A stretch of 64,000 nucleotides of DNA from a bacterium. Lineage in GTDB: Bacteria > RBG-13-61-14 > DATKZS01. The stretch lies in assembly GCA_963674965.2 (NCBI GenBank), contig CAXXFL010000001.1:704001-768000 (forward strand), written 5' to 3'. The notes below the pieces were generated by a model that saw only the letters and a program-made list of their open reading frames with translations, was not told the DNA's origin and ran no database searches. Of the stretch, positions 1-9,403 are shown piece by piece (the first letter of the stretch is position 1; each line of letters starts with the position of its first letter). Made by a program: the position numbers and the translations under genes.

Positions 1-1878
1 GGCGTAGTCCCCCGAGGCGACCCCGTGGCTGAGCGTGTAAGGCTGTATCTCTCCCTTTATCCGGGGAGCCTTCACGCCGGCCGACTCGAGGAGTTTCTTG
101 ATCGCCTCGACCTTGGCCGCCGAGCCGAGCCGGAGCTCGTTCTCCTCGAGCTTGCCGTCTCCATTTTCGTCCAGGGCCCGGACGTACTCGGGCCGATAGG
201 TCCCGTCCTTTTCCAGGAAGGCGGCCTTGAGGTCGGCCTCGCGAACGGGTCTTTCCGGGTCTCCCTCCACCCAGAACCAGGAGGTGATGACGTTGTGCGG
301 GCCGAGTCTGTATTCCCCGTCGTCCTCCTCATGCATGAGCAGCACGGGAGTGTATCCGTCGATAATCGACGCGGGATCGTTGACCCTTCCCCTTACTCCC
401 CGGTGGGTAACCAGGGGCTCGCCGGCGCTATCGAGGAGGGTCCAGTCCGTGGACATCCGGGCCGGCGCCAGGACTCGCTGCACGTGGCAGGTCTGGCAAC
501 TGAGCTTCTGGAAATGAAGCTTCTTGTATGGAAGGAAATCATGGCGGGCCTCGGCGTCGTGGCAGTCCCGGCAGTCCCGCATGCTTCCGTCCATGGCCCT
601 GGCCACCGTGCCCTGGGCCGAGTGTCCCTTTGCCAGGTTGTGATCTGGCGTCTCGAGGTACTCTCCAAAGCCGAGCTTGCGGGCGTCGAACCTTAAATGA
701 CCCGGCCTTTCATCGCCCGTCTCCTCGTTATACTCGGGGTTGTTCATCGAGTGGTGACAGTTCGAGCACTGGAGAAGTCTTTGAGCGTGAACGTCCCAGG
801 GAAGATGAAGACTCTCCTTGCCCTTGAGGTTCATGCCCGAGCGGTCCACCGGGTCGGGCGAAAATATCTCGCCCGTCGTCTCCGTGCCCCAGTTGTCAAG
901 GGAGTTCTCGAAAATAACCGGGTCGGAGCACCGGCAGGCGGAGCCATGGCAGATGCGGCAGTTGCCGCTGCGGGGGTCGGAAACCCGGAAATACTCGGGC
1001 CTTACGCTCCCGTCCTCGGCAAAGGCCTTGGCCGACCATTTAATCTCACCGCCATCCCTTTCCGCCACGCCCGACCCCAGCAGGGTGGCGGAGGAAGCCC
1101 AGCCAAAGCGGCCCTTTTTGATCTCGGCCACCCGCTGGGCGTTGTTCGGGTCCTTAACGTGGCACAGAAGGCAGTTAAGCTCCATCACCCCCGACTCTTG
1201 CCAGTTCCACGCCGCGGGCTTCCGGGTTATCGGGTCCAGGACAAAGGCGTCGGGATTCTTCGGGTCGTCCGCCCTCGTCTCGGTCAAGGGCCGGCCCGTG
1301 AACCGGCTTGTCACCGCCGGGCCGCCGCCCACGTGGCGCGGTCCCATTACCATGATCCAGTCGGCCGTGCCCATGTCGATCTCATCGAAGCCCTCGGGCG
1401 AGAGCGTCCTGTAAGTTAAGGGGTTCCATCTCCCGAACATGCCGGGACTTACGTCCCAGGCCCGGCCGCTCTTGGCCTGGCCGGGAGGGGTCAGCTCGTT
1501 AAGCCCAACTTGGGAGTGGTAGTTGTTCCTGGCGATATAATCGACGTTGTGGCAGCCCCCGCAGGTCGCGGCCAAGGAAAGAGGACGGCCGGACCTGATG
1601 ACGGGCTCCATATCCTCGTCCATGAGGATCACGGGAGGATGGATGGAAGGCGTCCTGGGCTCGGCCGCCTTCTCCAGGGATTTGAGAGTGAGAGGCGGAA
1701 ACAGCGACGACGGCCCCTCTTCAGCCGGCGGCGTCTGGACAGCGGCCGTGTCTCCGGCCACGACCTCGGCGGCGGCCTCGGCTACGGCCGGGGTCTCCAC
1801 GTCGGCGGAGGAAATCACCCATACGGCGGGGGCCAATACCAAAAGGACGACGATTATAAGGGTCAGTCGCGAATTCAT
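1..1878 (-). CDS. Multiheme cytochrome c, 3'-truncated by window edge (OTR-related; >=6 CxxCH)
   Basis: Not in ORF track. ATG at 1878 overlaps the upstream stop (ATGA); in the parts I translated the frame stays open and is still in frame at base 1. MNSRLTLIIVVLLVLAPAVWV signal; CGGCH, CLLCH, CRICH, CSNCH, CRDCH, CQTCH; ends ..YTLSHGVASGDYA. Confidence 0.9.
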   Translation of the reverse strand, partial: MNSRLTLIIVVLLVLAPAVWVISSADVETPAVAEAAAEVVAGDTAAVQTPPAEEGPSSLFPPLTLKSLEKAAEPRTPSIHPPVILMDEDMEPVIRSGRPLSLAATCGGCHNVDYIARNNYHSQVGLNELTPPGQAKSGRAWDVSPGMFGRWNPLTYRTLSPEGFDEIDMGTADWIMVMGPRHVGGGPAVTSRFTGRPLTETRADDPKNPDAFVLDPITRKPAAWNWQESGVMELNCLLCHVKDPNNAQRVAEIKKGRFGWASSATLLGSGVAERDGGEIKWSAKAFAEDGSVRPEYFRVSDPRSGNCRICHGSACRCSDPVIFENSLDNWGTETTGEIFSPDPVDRSGMNLKGKESLHLPWDVHAQRLLQCSNCHHSMNNPEYNEETGDERPGHLRFDARKLGFGEYLETPDHNLAKGHSAQGTVARAMDGSMRDCRDCHDAEARHDFLPYKKLHFQKLSCQTCHVQRVLAPARMSTDWTLLDSAGEPLVTHRGVRGRVNDPASIIDGYTPVLLMHEEDDGEYRLGPHNVITSWFWVEGDPERPVREADLKAAFLEKDGTYRPEYVRALDENGDGKLEENELRLGSAAKVEAIKKLLESAGVKAPRIKGEIQPYTLSHGVASGDYA

Positions 1879-3335
1879 TTGTCCGTCCCTCCCGCCATGG
1901 AAACCACCCGCTTGCGAGATCGGCCTCCCACGTACGCCGGGTCTCCGTCATAGCCGAGGGCTTTCCAGTCCATTCCCCCCGAGTCCCCGTGGCAGTCCAC
2001 GCACTGGAGGGCCCTTTCCTTGGGAGCGATCATGTGCGAGAGCCTCCAATACATTTCCGTCTCCGTAAAGCCGAACTCGCCGCTGAAGGGAAGCCCCGAG
2101 GCCTCGCCCCCCAGCTCGGCCGCCTTGATCCAGTCGAAGTCGGTCCAGTAGCCGCCCTTGCCGACCGTCTTGGGAACAATGAGCCTTTTATACTTGACGT
2201 CGTAAGGCTGCTTGGCCCGGTGGACTTTAAAGGGCCATATCTTCGAGTTCGGGTCGCCGATGCTTCCAAGGGGGCGGTTGATCTGGGTGACCTTTTCCGG
2301 GTCGATGAGGTCGCCTTTCAGGTAGCGCTCCAAAGAGCCGTTAAACCAAAAGTATTCGGGCCGAAGGTTTTTGGCGTAAATGAAGCTTCCTTTTATCTTG
2401 AGATATTTATGGGGGTCGTCGGCGCCTATATCCTGGCCGGCGGTGGACCAGTCCCAGGCGACCTTGGTCGCCTCCTTGACAGCCATCTCCGGCAGGTGGC
2501 AGGTCTGACAGGCCAGGGCCTCGGTATGGCCGTCCAGCCTTTCATTGCCGTGCGGCTTGTCCGCGTGACAGGACACGCAGCCCACCTGGTTGGTATTCGT
2601 GGCGCTGACCGAGACCATACGGCCCGTGATTTTATGGTCCCTGGTTTTGTGGCAGTCGATGCATACCAGGTTCAGCCGGCCCATGTGAACGTCGATCCGC
2701 TCGACCGGCTTGGCCAAAGACCCGTCAAGGTCGCCGTGCTTGACCGCGTTTCCTCCCCCCCCGTTGAAATGGCAATAGCCGCAGTTGTCGCGGGTCGGGC
2801 GTCTCACGCTTTTTGCCGCGGCTAAAAGGTCCACGTCCTTGGGAGGGATTCCCGACTCGCCCTTGTCGTAGAGGCCGGAGCCGTCGTGGCAGACCAGGCA
2901 GTCAACGTTCTTTTTCACGGAAAAATCGAAGCTCGCGTCCTTCCATCCATAGCCCGCGTGGCACTTGGTGCATTTGGGCCAATTGCCCTCGATGCTGATG
3001 CAGAAGTTGTTGATAAGGTTGAGCTTGCCTATTCGGACCGGTTTGTCGTGGCCGGGGACTGTCTCCGGGTCGCCCAGCCAGTTCCAATGGGAGGTGGCCA
3101 TGACCTGGTCGGCCGCCTGAGGATGGCACTCGAGGCAGGCCATGGTAACCGACGGCCCGTCCTCGAACTTGTCCGCCTTATAAAGGTGGGCGTGGTTGGT
3201 GTGATCCGGGTATCTCGTTACGCCTCGCCAGGGATCGTCTCTGCCCGGCCCGACCTCCTCGGAGCACCCCAGCACAAGCGCCGCCCCCGCCAGGGAGACG
3301 GCCAGGAGCGCCATATAGATTTTTTTACGCGCCAT
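1875..3335 (-). CDS. Octaheme c-type cytochrome, tetrathionate reductase (OTR) family, lipoprotein
   Basis: Eight CxxCH (CLECH, CTKCH, CLVCH, CGYCH, CIDCH, CVSCH, CQTCH, CVDCH); INNFC, GGGNAVKHGDLD; lipobox LVLGC; GGAG RBS before ATG 3335. Confidence 0.92.
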   Translation of the reverse strand: MARKKIYMALLAVSLAGAALVLGCSEEVGPGRDDPWRGVTRYPDHTNHAHLYKADKFEDGPSVTMACLECHPQAADQVMATSHWNWLGDPETVPGHDKPVRIGKLNLINNFCISIEGNWPKCTKCHAGYGWKDASFDFSVKKNVDCLVCHDGSGLYDKGESGIPPKDVDLLAAAKSVRRPTRDNCGYCHFNGGGGNAVKHGDLDGSLAKPVERIDVHMGRLNLVCIDCHKTRDHKITGRMVSVSATNTNQVGCVSCHADKPHGNERLDGHTEALACQTCHLPEMAVKEATKVAWDWSTAGQDIGADDPHKYLKIKGSFIYAKNLRPEYFWFNGSLERYLKGDLIDPEKVTQINRPLGSIGDPNSKIWPFKVHRAKQPYDVKYKRLIVPKTVGKGGYWTDFDWIKAAELGGEASGLPFSGEFGFTETEMYWRLSHMIAPKERALQCVDCHGDSGGMDWKALGYDGDPAYVGGRSRKRVVSMAGGTDK

Positions 3336-3533
3336 TAAGCGGCTCCTTAAAGAATTGGATGTGTAATTTGCTAAATAGCATACAAGGATATCCCAACGCA
3401 AGCATTGCGATAGATAAAGATGCAAATAGAGGAGGGAGGTTACGAATTTTCCGGTTGCCAGTCGAGCTGTCGGGGAAATAATAGCATTATCCCGGAGCTG
3501 CGCGGTGTTCATTCCGGGCCGGAGGTTCCTATA

Positions 3534-3640
3534 GTCCCAAAGGGGCGGCGGCCTGCCCATCCGGACAATTCCCTTTACGGAACTTTCCGTCCTGGCCCCA
3601 AAGGGGCGTAGGTCTAAAGCCCGTGGCGACAACCCTGGGG
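3534..3640. repeat. REP-like palindromic element (GCCCCAAAGGGGCG..GCCCGTGGCGACAACCCTGGG) plus partial copy
   Basis: GCCCC-AAA-GGGGC hairpin at 3595 and GTCCCAAAGGGGCG copy at 3534, just past the gpmA stop. Confidence 0.45.
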
Positions 3641-3660
3641 TAATGAATATATAAAAACCT

Positions 3661-4407
3661 TTACTTGGCCTTGCCCTGCTTGGCCACGGCGTCCATCTTG
3701 GCCTTGATGGCCTCCTGGTCGCCAAGGTAGTAGTGCTTTATGGGCTTTAGGTTCTCGTCCAGCTCGTAGACGAGGGGAACGCCCGTGGGTATGTTCAGGC
3801 CGACGATCTCCTCGTCCGATATGTCGTCGAGATATTTGACCAGGGCCCGCAGGCTGTTGCCGTGAGCGGCGATAAGGACCTTCTTCCCGCTCTTTACCGC
3901 CGGTCCAATTTCTTCTTTCCAATAGGGCAGAAATCTTTTTACGGTCAGCTCGAGGCTTTCCGTTTTCGGCACGTCCTCCTTGGAAAGGTCCGCGTACCTC
4001 GGGTCCTTGCCGGGGTAGCGATCATCGTCCTCCTCCAGCTCGGGGGGCGGTATCGAGTAGCTCCGACGCCAGACGAGGACCTGGTCCTCCCCATGCTTGG
4101 CCGCGGTTTCCGCCTTGTTCAGGCCCTGGAGCGCTCCATAATGCCTCTCGTTAAGGCGCCAGTTGCGGATGACCGGAATCCACATTAGGTCCATTTCGTC
4201 CTGGGTGATCCAAAGGGTTCGGATGGCCCTTTTCAGGACCGAGGTATAAGCCACGTCAAAGGTATAGCCTCCCTCCTTGAGGAGTCTGCCCGCCTCCTTG
4301 GCCTCGGCCACGCCCTTTTCCGTAAGGTCCACGTCGGTCCAGCCGGTGAACCTGTTTTCCTTGTTCCACTGGCTTTCGCCGTGCCTGAGAAGGACAACCT
4401 TATACAT
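3661..4407 (-). CDS. gpmA: 2,3-bisphosphoglycerate-dependent phosphoglycerate mutase
   Basis: [27 protein letters not shown] motifs; GGAGG RBS. Confidence 0.97.
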   Translation of the reverse strand: MYKVVLLRHGESQWNKENRFTGWTDVDLTEKGVAEAKEAGRLLKEGGYTFDVAYTSVLKRAIRTLWITQDEMDLMWIPVIRNWRLNERHYGALQGLNKAETAAKHGEDQVLVWRRSYSIPPPELEEDDDRYPGKDPRYADLSKEDVPKTESLELTVKRFLPYWKEEIGPAVKSGKKVLIAAHGNSLRALVKYLDDISDEEIVGLNIPTGVPLVYELDENLKPIKHYYLGDQEAIKAKMDAVAKQGKAK

Positions 4408-4764
4408 TACATTCCCTCCTGAAGCTTTTTATCGCCGAGCGTCGAGTGAATCCATGCGATCGGCCGAGAAGCAAAACCGCGTTTCTCCCGAGCATATACA
4501 ATAGCTTGCCCCGGCGCCCTTTGGCAAGTCCAAATGGGCGCGAAGTTTCCCAATATCTCGATCCCGGACTTTTCGGGTCGCGGAATGTATGGCGGATACC
4601 GACGGCGATGAAATAGAAGCGGACTTTAATCGGCATGGCGATCTCCAAGACCCCGTCCAGGCCGATCGGCTGGTCCAAAACCCGCCACGCCGGCGGTTGA
4701 AAATCAAGGAAGCGATATAAATCCCTTTTCCAATCTTGCCTTCCTCGTGATAAATTATGGCGAT

Positions 4765-5637
4765 ATGGAATTCAATCTTACCTGGCCTGAAATGGACGGA
4801 TGGCTGCTGGGGGCCCTGGCCGAGGACATAGGCGGCGGCGACGTAACGACCGAGTGCCTCGCGGGTAAGGCGGACTATGCCCGCGTGGACTGGACGGCCA
4901 AGTCCTCGCTCGTGGTTTGCGGTCTGCCCGTTTGTTTCAGGACCTTCGAGTTGCTGTCTAAAGAATGCTCGGCGCTCTTCATGGCCCAAGAGGGGACCAG
5001 GGCCGAGCCCGGCCAGGTCGTGCTTTCCCTGGCCGGTCCGGCGGGGGCCCTTTTATCGGGCGAGCGCGTGGCCCTCAATATAGCCCAGCACTTGTCGGGC
5101 GTGGCCACCTCGACGGCGCGCTTCGTGGCCGCCGTCGAGGGAACGGGGGCCAGGATCGCGGCCACCAGAAAAACCATCCCCTATAACCGCCGCCTCGAGA
5201 AATACGCGGTGACCGTGGGTGGAGGCGTTCCCCACCGCTACGGCCTTGACGACGGCGTGCTGATCAAGGACAACCACATCGCCCTGGCGGGGTCCATCAC
5301 CCAGGCCGTCCAGCGCGCCCGGTCCTTGGCTCATCACCTTTTGAAGATCGAGGTCGAGGTCGAGAACATGGGCCAGGCCGAGGAGGCGGTCAAAGCCGGC
5401 GCCGACCTTCTCCTCCTCGACAACATGACTCTCGATATGCTCCGCGAGGCGGTCAAAACATTCAAGGGAAAAGTTATCCTCGAGGCCTCGGGCAACGTGA
5501 CCATCGACGTGGTGAGAAGCATCGCGGAGACGGGCGTGGATATCATTTCCACCGGAGCCATAACTCACTCGGTGATCGCGGCCGACGTCTCGGCCCGGCT
5601 CGCCCTTGCCTCGAGACCGGAGGCCGGCAAGGAGTGA
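4765..5637 (+). CDS. nadC: Nicotinate-nucleotide diphosphorylase (carboxylating)
   Basis: EDIGGGDVTT, TRKT, HRYGLDD..LIKDNH, LLDNM, EASGNV. Confidence 0.95.
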   Translation: MEFNLTWPEMDGWLLGALAEDIGGGDVTTECLAGKADYARVDWTAKSSLVVCGLPVCFRTFELLSKECSALFMAQEGTRAEPGQVVLSLAGPAGALLSGERVALNIAQHLSGVATSTARFVAAVEGTGARIAATRKTIPYNRRLEKYAVTVGGGVPHRYGLDDGVLIKDNHIALAGSITQAVQRARSLAHHLLKIEVEVENMGQAEEAVKAGADLLLLDNMTLDMLREAVKTFKGKVILEASGNVTIDVVRSIAETGVDIISTGAITHSVIAADVSARLALASRPEAGKE

Positions 5638-6422
5638 AGGACCCTCTGGACAAGGCGTCCCTTACGAGAACGGGACGCGAGCTGGGGCATACGTTCGTGG
5701 TGAAGGAAGTCACCGGCTCCACCAACGACGACCTGCGAGGGATGGCCGAAAAGGGCGCGGCTCACGGAACGGCCGTCATCGCGGACCGGCAGGAAACCGG
5801 ACGGGGAAGGCTGGGAAGGAAATGGAGCGCCCCGTCCGGCTCGGGCGTCCTTATGTCCGTTCTTCTCCGGCCCGGTCCGGACGAGGCCTGGAGTCCGGGC
5901 CTGGTGACCCTGGCCGCGGGGGCCGCCGCGGCCGCCGCCGTACGGAATCTATGCGGGATCGAGGCCATGATCAAATGGCCAAACGACGTCCGGGTGCATG
6001 GCAAAAAACTGGCGGGCATACTGGCCGAGGCGGGGGGAAGGGGCAAGCTTGACTACGTGGTCCTGGGCATCGGGATTAACGTAAACCTCGCCGAGGATGA
6101 AACGCCGGAGGAAATCCGGCGGATAGCCACCTCGATTTCCATGGAGACGGGCAAGGATTATACTAGATCTTCCCTGGTCCACGCCTTTTTGGACGAGCTC
6201 GAGGCCCTGATCGATCCCGTCAGGCGAGGAGATAGCGGACCCGTGCTCTCGAGTTGGAAGTCCATGGCCGAGGTGGTCGGAAAGCGGGTTAAGGCCGAGG
6301 TCCCGGGCGGGACCTTTTTTGGCCGCGCCCTTGGCGTCCGCGAGGACGGAGCGTTACTGATACTGGAGGAGCCCGGCGGCGGCGAGCGCGCCGTGATCGC
6401 GGGCGACGTCACGATAATATAG
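5634..6422 (+). CDS. birA: Biotin--[acetyl-CoA carboxylase] ligase (no HTH)
   Basis: STND, QETGRGRLGRKW, KWPND, KLAGIL, GIGINV. Confidence 0.93.
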   Translation: MKDPLDKASLTRTGRELGHTFVVKEVTGSTNDDLRGMAEKGAAHGTAVIADRQETGRGRLGRKWSAPSGSGVLMSVLLRPGPDEAWSPGLVTLAAGAAAAAAVRNLCGIEAMIKWPNDVRVHGKKLAGILAEAGGRGKLDYVVLGIGINVNLAEDETPEEIRRIATSISMETGKDYTRSSLVHAFLDELEALIDPVRRGDSGPVLSSWKSMAEVVGKRVKAEVPGGTFFGRALGVREDGALLILEEPGGGERAVIAGDVTII

Positions 6423-6432
6423 GGGTAGGTTC

Positions 6433-7221
6433 ATGCTGGTATTTCTCGACGTTGGCAATACCAACACGGTCATAGGGTTGTTCGAGGGGGACGAGCTAAA
6501 GGTCAGGTGGCGTATACGCACGGGCAGGGGCGTCACGAGCGACGAGTACGGTATTTTTTTCAGCGAGCTTTTAAGGACCACTGACTTCGAGAAAAAGGAC
6601 ATCGAGGGAGTGGGAATAGCCTGCGTGGTCCCTCCCGTCCTTCCCTCTTTGATTGAATGGTCGAGGAAGTCGCTCGCCGTCGAGCCCATGGTCGTGAGTC
6701 CCGGCATCAAGACGGGCATGCCCATACACGTGGACAACCCCCGGGAGGTGGGCGCGGACAGGATAGTCAACGCCGTCGCCGCCTACGAAAGATACAAGAC
6801 GGCAGTGATTATCGTGGATTTCGGCACGGCCACCACCATAGACTTCGTTTCCTCGAGGGGGGTTTTCGAGGGCGGCATCATCGCGCCGGGCATGGCCATA
6901 TCCACCGAGGCCCTTTTCAAGAGCGCCTCGAAGCTTCCCCGCGTCGAGCTGATGAGACCTCCTCGGGTGATCGGCAAGAACACGGTCAACGCCATGCAAA
7001 GCGGCATCGTTTTCGGCTACGCCGGACTGGTGGACGCCCTTGTTGGGAGGATCAAAAAGGAGGTTTCCCTCGAGTGGCCGGACGAGCCGGACCCCGTCGT
7101 GGTGGCCTCGGGAGGATTGTCTTCCCTCTTTTCCGAGGTGGCGGAGACGATAGGAGAGATAGACGAGTTCCTCACCCTGCAGGGACTCCGGATAATCTAC
7201 GCCCGAAACCGCCAGGAATAG
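6433..7221 (+). CDS. coaX: Type III pantothenate kinase
   Basis: DVGNTN, GADR, VDFGTATT, GGIIAPG. Confidence 0.95.
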   Translation: MLVFLDVGNTNTVIGLFEGDELKVRWRIRTGRGVTSDEYGIFFSELLRTTDFEKKDIEGVGIACVVPPVLPSLIEWSRKSLAVEPMVVSPGIKTGMPIHVDNPREVGADRIVNAVAAYERYKTAVIIVDFGTATTIDFVSSRGVFEGGIIAPGMAISTEALFKSASKLPRVELMRPPRVIGKNTVNAMQSGIVFGYAGLVDALVGRIKKEVSLEWPDEPDPVVVASGGLSSLFSEVAETIGEIDEFLTLQGLRIIYARNRQE

Positions 7222-7257
7222 GGGCGTACTGAAAAGTCCAGGCCGGGAGAAGTAATA

Positions 7258-8280
7258 ATGATTGACCTTAGAAGCGACACCGTAACCAGGCCCACCCCCG
7301 CCATGCGGGAGTTCATGGCCAAGGCCGAGGTGGGAGACGACGGATACGGCGATGATCCGACCGTCAATCTTCTGCAGGAAAAGTCGGCCCGCGTCACCGG
7401 CAAGGAGGACGCCCTGTTTCTTCCCTCCGGCACCATGGCCAACGTGGTGGCCATCATGTGCCACACCCGGCCCTCCGACTCGGTTATCCTGGGCAAGAAC
7501 GCCCATAGCTGGCTCTACGAGAGCGGAAGCATCGGGGCCGTGGCCGGCGTTCTTCCCATCATCGTGGGAGAGGACGGGACCTTTACCTGGGAAGACGTGA
7601 ACGCCAACGCCAAGGGCGGGGACGTGCACATGGCGCCCACTACCCTGGTGATGATGGAGAACACCCACAACGGCGGGGGAGGGATAGTATTTCCTCAGAA
7701 GTGGATCGTCGAGATATGCGAAAAGGCCGGCTTCTGGGGCATCAAGACCCATATCGACGGGGCCAGGATATTCAACGCCTCGATCGCCTCGGGAAAGCCC
7801 GCGGCCGAGCTTTGCGCGCCGGTGGACTCGGTCAGCTTCTGCCTTTCCAAGGGACTGGGCGCGCCGGTGGGATCGATGCTTTGCGGGACGCGCGATTTTA
7901 TCCTCAAGGCCAGGCGCTACCGCGAGCTTTTAGGTGGAGGCATGAGGCAGGTCGGGATAGTGGCGGCCGGAGGGGTTTGGGCCCTGGACAACCACGTCGA
8001 GCGCCTCGAGGAGGACCACGCCAACGCCATGGTTCTGGCGCGGGGCCTAAAGGATATTAAAGGACTGAGGGTCGACCTCGAGCGAGTTCACACCAACATG
8101 GTCTTCATTGGGCTGGAAAAGGATGGCCTCAACGCCTTCGAGTACGCGGCCCGGCTGGGAGAACTGGGCGTTAAGATCAACGCCATGGGCAAGGATTTCC
8201 TGCGCGCCGTGACTCACCTCGACGTGTCCTGGTCGGACGTGACCAGGGCCATAGATCTTTTCGAGAAGGCCCTCGCCTAG
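7258..8280 (+). CDS. ltaE: Low-specificity L-threonine aldolase
   Basis: [36 protein letters not shown]. Confidence 0.93.
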   Translation: MIDLRSDTVTRPTPAMREFMAKAEVGDDGYGDDPTVNLLQEKSARVTGKEDALFLPSGTMANVVAIMCHTRPSDSVILGKNAHSWLYESGSIGAVAGVLPIIVGEDGTFTWEDVNANAKGGDVHMAPTTLVMMENTHNGGGGIVFPQKWIVEICEKAGFWGIKTHIDGARIFNASIASGKPAAELCAPVDSVSFCLSKGLGAPVGSMLCGTRDFILKARRYRELLGGGMRQVGIVAAGGVWALDNHVERLEEDHANAMVLARGLKDIKGLRVDLERVHTNMVFIGLEKDGLNAFEYAARLGELGVKINAMGKDFLRAVTHLDVSWSDVTRAIDLFEKALA

Positions 8281-8288
8281 GGCGGAGT

Positions 8289-8561
8289 TTACAGGACCTT
8301 AAACCACATCAAGAACCCGATAATAATAAAAAGACCGGCGGCGCCCTTTTCGAGATACTCGACCGGCGCGACCCTGGTCAGGGCCTCTCCGCCGAGCACC
8401 CCTATCAGGGTGACCAGCGTCAGGGCCAGGGCCGCGCCCAGGAAAACCGAGAGCGGCTTGCCCGTCTTCGAGGTCATGGATATGGCCGCAAGTTGGGTCT
8501 TGTCTCCCATCTCGGCTATGAACAAGGCGATAAAGGTCGCGCCGAAGGTCTTCCAGTCCAT
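8289..8561 (-). CDS. TMEM165/GDT1 (UPF0016) family membrane protein, single-repeat form
   Basis: AEMGDKTQLA motif, three TM helices, 90 aa. Confidence 0.88.
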   Translation of the reverse strand: MDWKTFGATFIALFIAEMGDKTQLAAISMTSKTGKPLSVFLGAALALTLVTLIGVLGGEALTRVAPVEYLEKGAAGLFIIIGFLMWFKVL

Positions 8562-8578
8562 CCTTATTTCCTTTCTCG

Positions 8579-9292
8579 TTACCTGTAGCCGTCAAGGCTG
8601 AACTTTCCAGCCTCCGTCTGGATGGCCACGTCATCCTCGACGATGAGGTCCCTGCTTTTCAAGCCAAGCTCGATCTGGACCAGCTTGCGCCTTCCGCCTG
8701 GACCGTCCAGGGCGTATCTTTTCCGCCTGAGGTAAAGCCCGGAAGACTCGGCCGCGTCAAGAAGACGCTTTTCCTCGTCCGCCGGATAAACGAAAAAAAC
8801 GAGCCCGTCGGCGGCCAGAAAACTCGAGGCCGACCGCGTCCACGAACCTATGGTCATCTCGATCTCGTGCCGGGCGATGGCCTTCTCGGGGTTGGGACTG
8901 TGACGCCCAGACTCCCTGGCGCGAAAAGGAGGATTCGTCGCGATCGCGTCGAATCGATAACCGCCAAGCTCGGGAAGACCGCCCGTCGCGTCGCCGCGTA
9001 TTATCTCGACTTTAGGACTGGTGGCGTTAAGCTCAGCGTTGCGCCGGGCCAACTCGGCCAGGCCCGGTTGTATCTCGACGCCCACCACCCGGCTCGGGTT
9101 GCCGCGGGCCGCGAGGATCAAGGCGATGACCCCCACTCCGCAGCCCATGTCCAGGACGCTCTTTCCCCTGATTTTTTCCAGCGCGAAGTCGGCCAGGAGA
9201 AGAGCGTCCACCGAGTACCGGTAGCCCTTCTTGTACTGGTATATCTTGAGTTCCCCGTGCAGGAGATCGTCAAAAGTCTCTTCCCGTTCCAT
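8579..9292 (-). CDS. SAM-dependent methyltransferase, tRNA1(Val) A37 N6-methyltransferase-like
   Basis: YRYSVDALLLA, LDMGCGVG, NPPF, ARHE. Confidence 0.85.
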   Translation of the reverse strand: MEREETFDDLLHGELKIYQYKKGYRYSVDALLLADFALEKIRGKSVLDMGCGVGVIALILAARGNPSRVVGVEIQPGLAELARRNAELNATSPKVEIIRGDATGGLPELGGYRFDAIATNPPFRARESGRHSPNPEKAIARHEIEMTIGSWTRSASSFLAADGLVFFVYPADEEKRLLDAAESSGLYLRRKRYALDGPGGRRKLVQIELGLKSRDLIVEDDVAIQTEAGKFSLDGYR

Positions 9293-9403
9293 GCCGTCCC
9301 TTCCCAACGGCGCTTTCAGGATCAAAACGCCCGGGAGAGTTCATCTTGACCGATGTTCCGCTAGTCGTCAATTCAAGAGCGAGAAGAAAAAATCTGATTT
9401 TCG

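Noticed and set aside
25-2068. Plus-strand ORFs 25-696, 697-1419, 818-1414, 1510-1953, 1547-2068
   Set aside because: Antisense shadows of the minus-strand multiheme cytochrome; no recognisable motifs
3336-3725. 129-aa N-terminal extension of the octaheme ORF
   Set aside because: Overlaps gpmA and intergenic DNA; RBS and signal peptide point to ATG 3335
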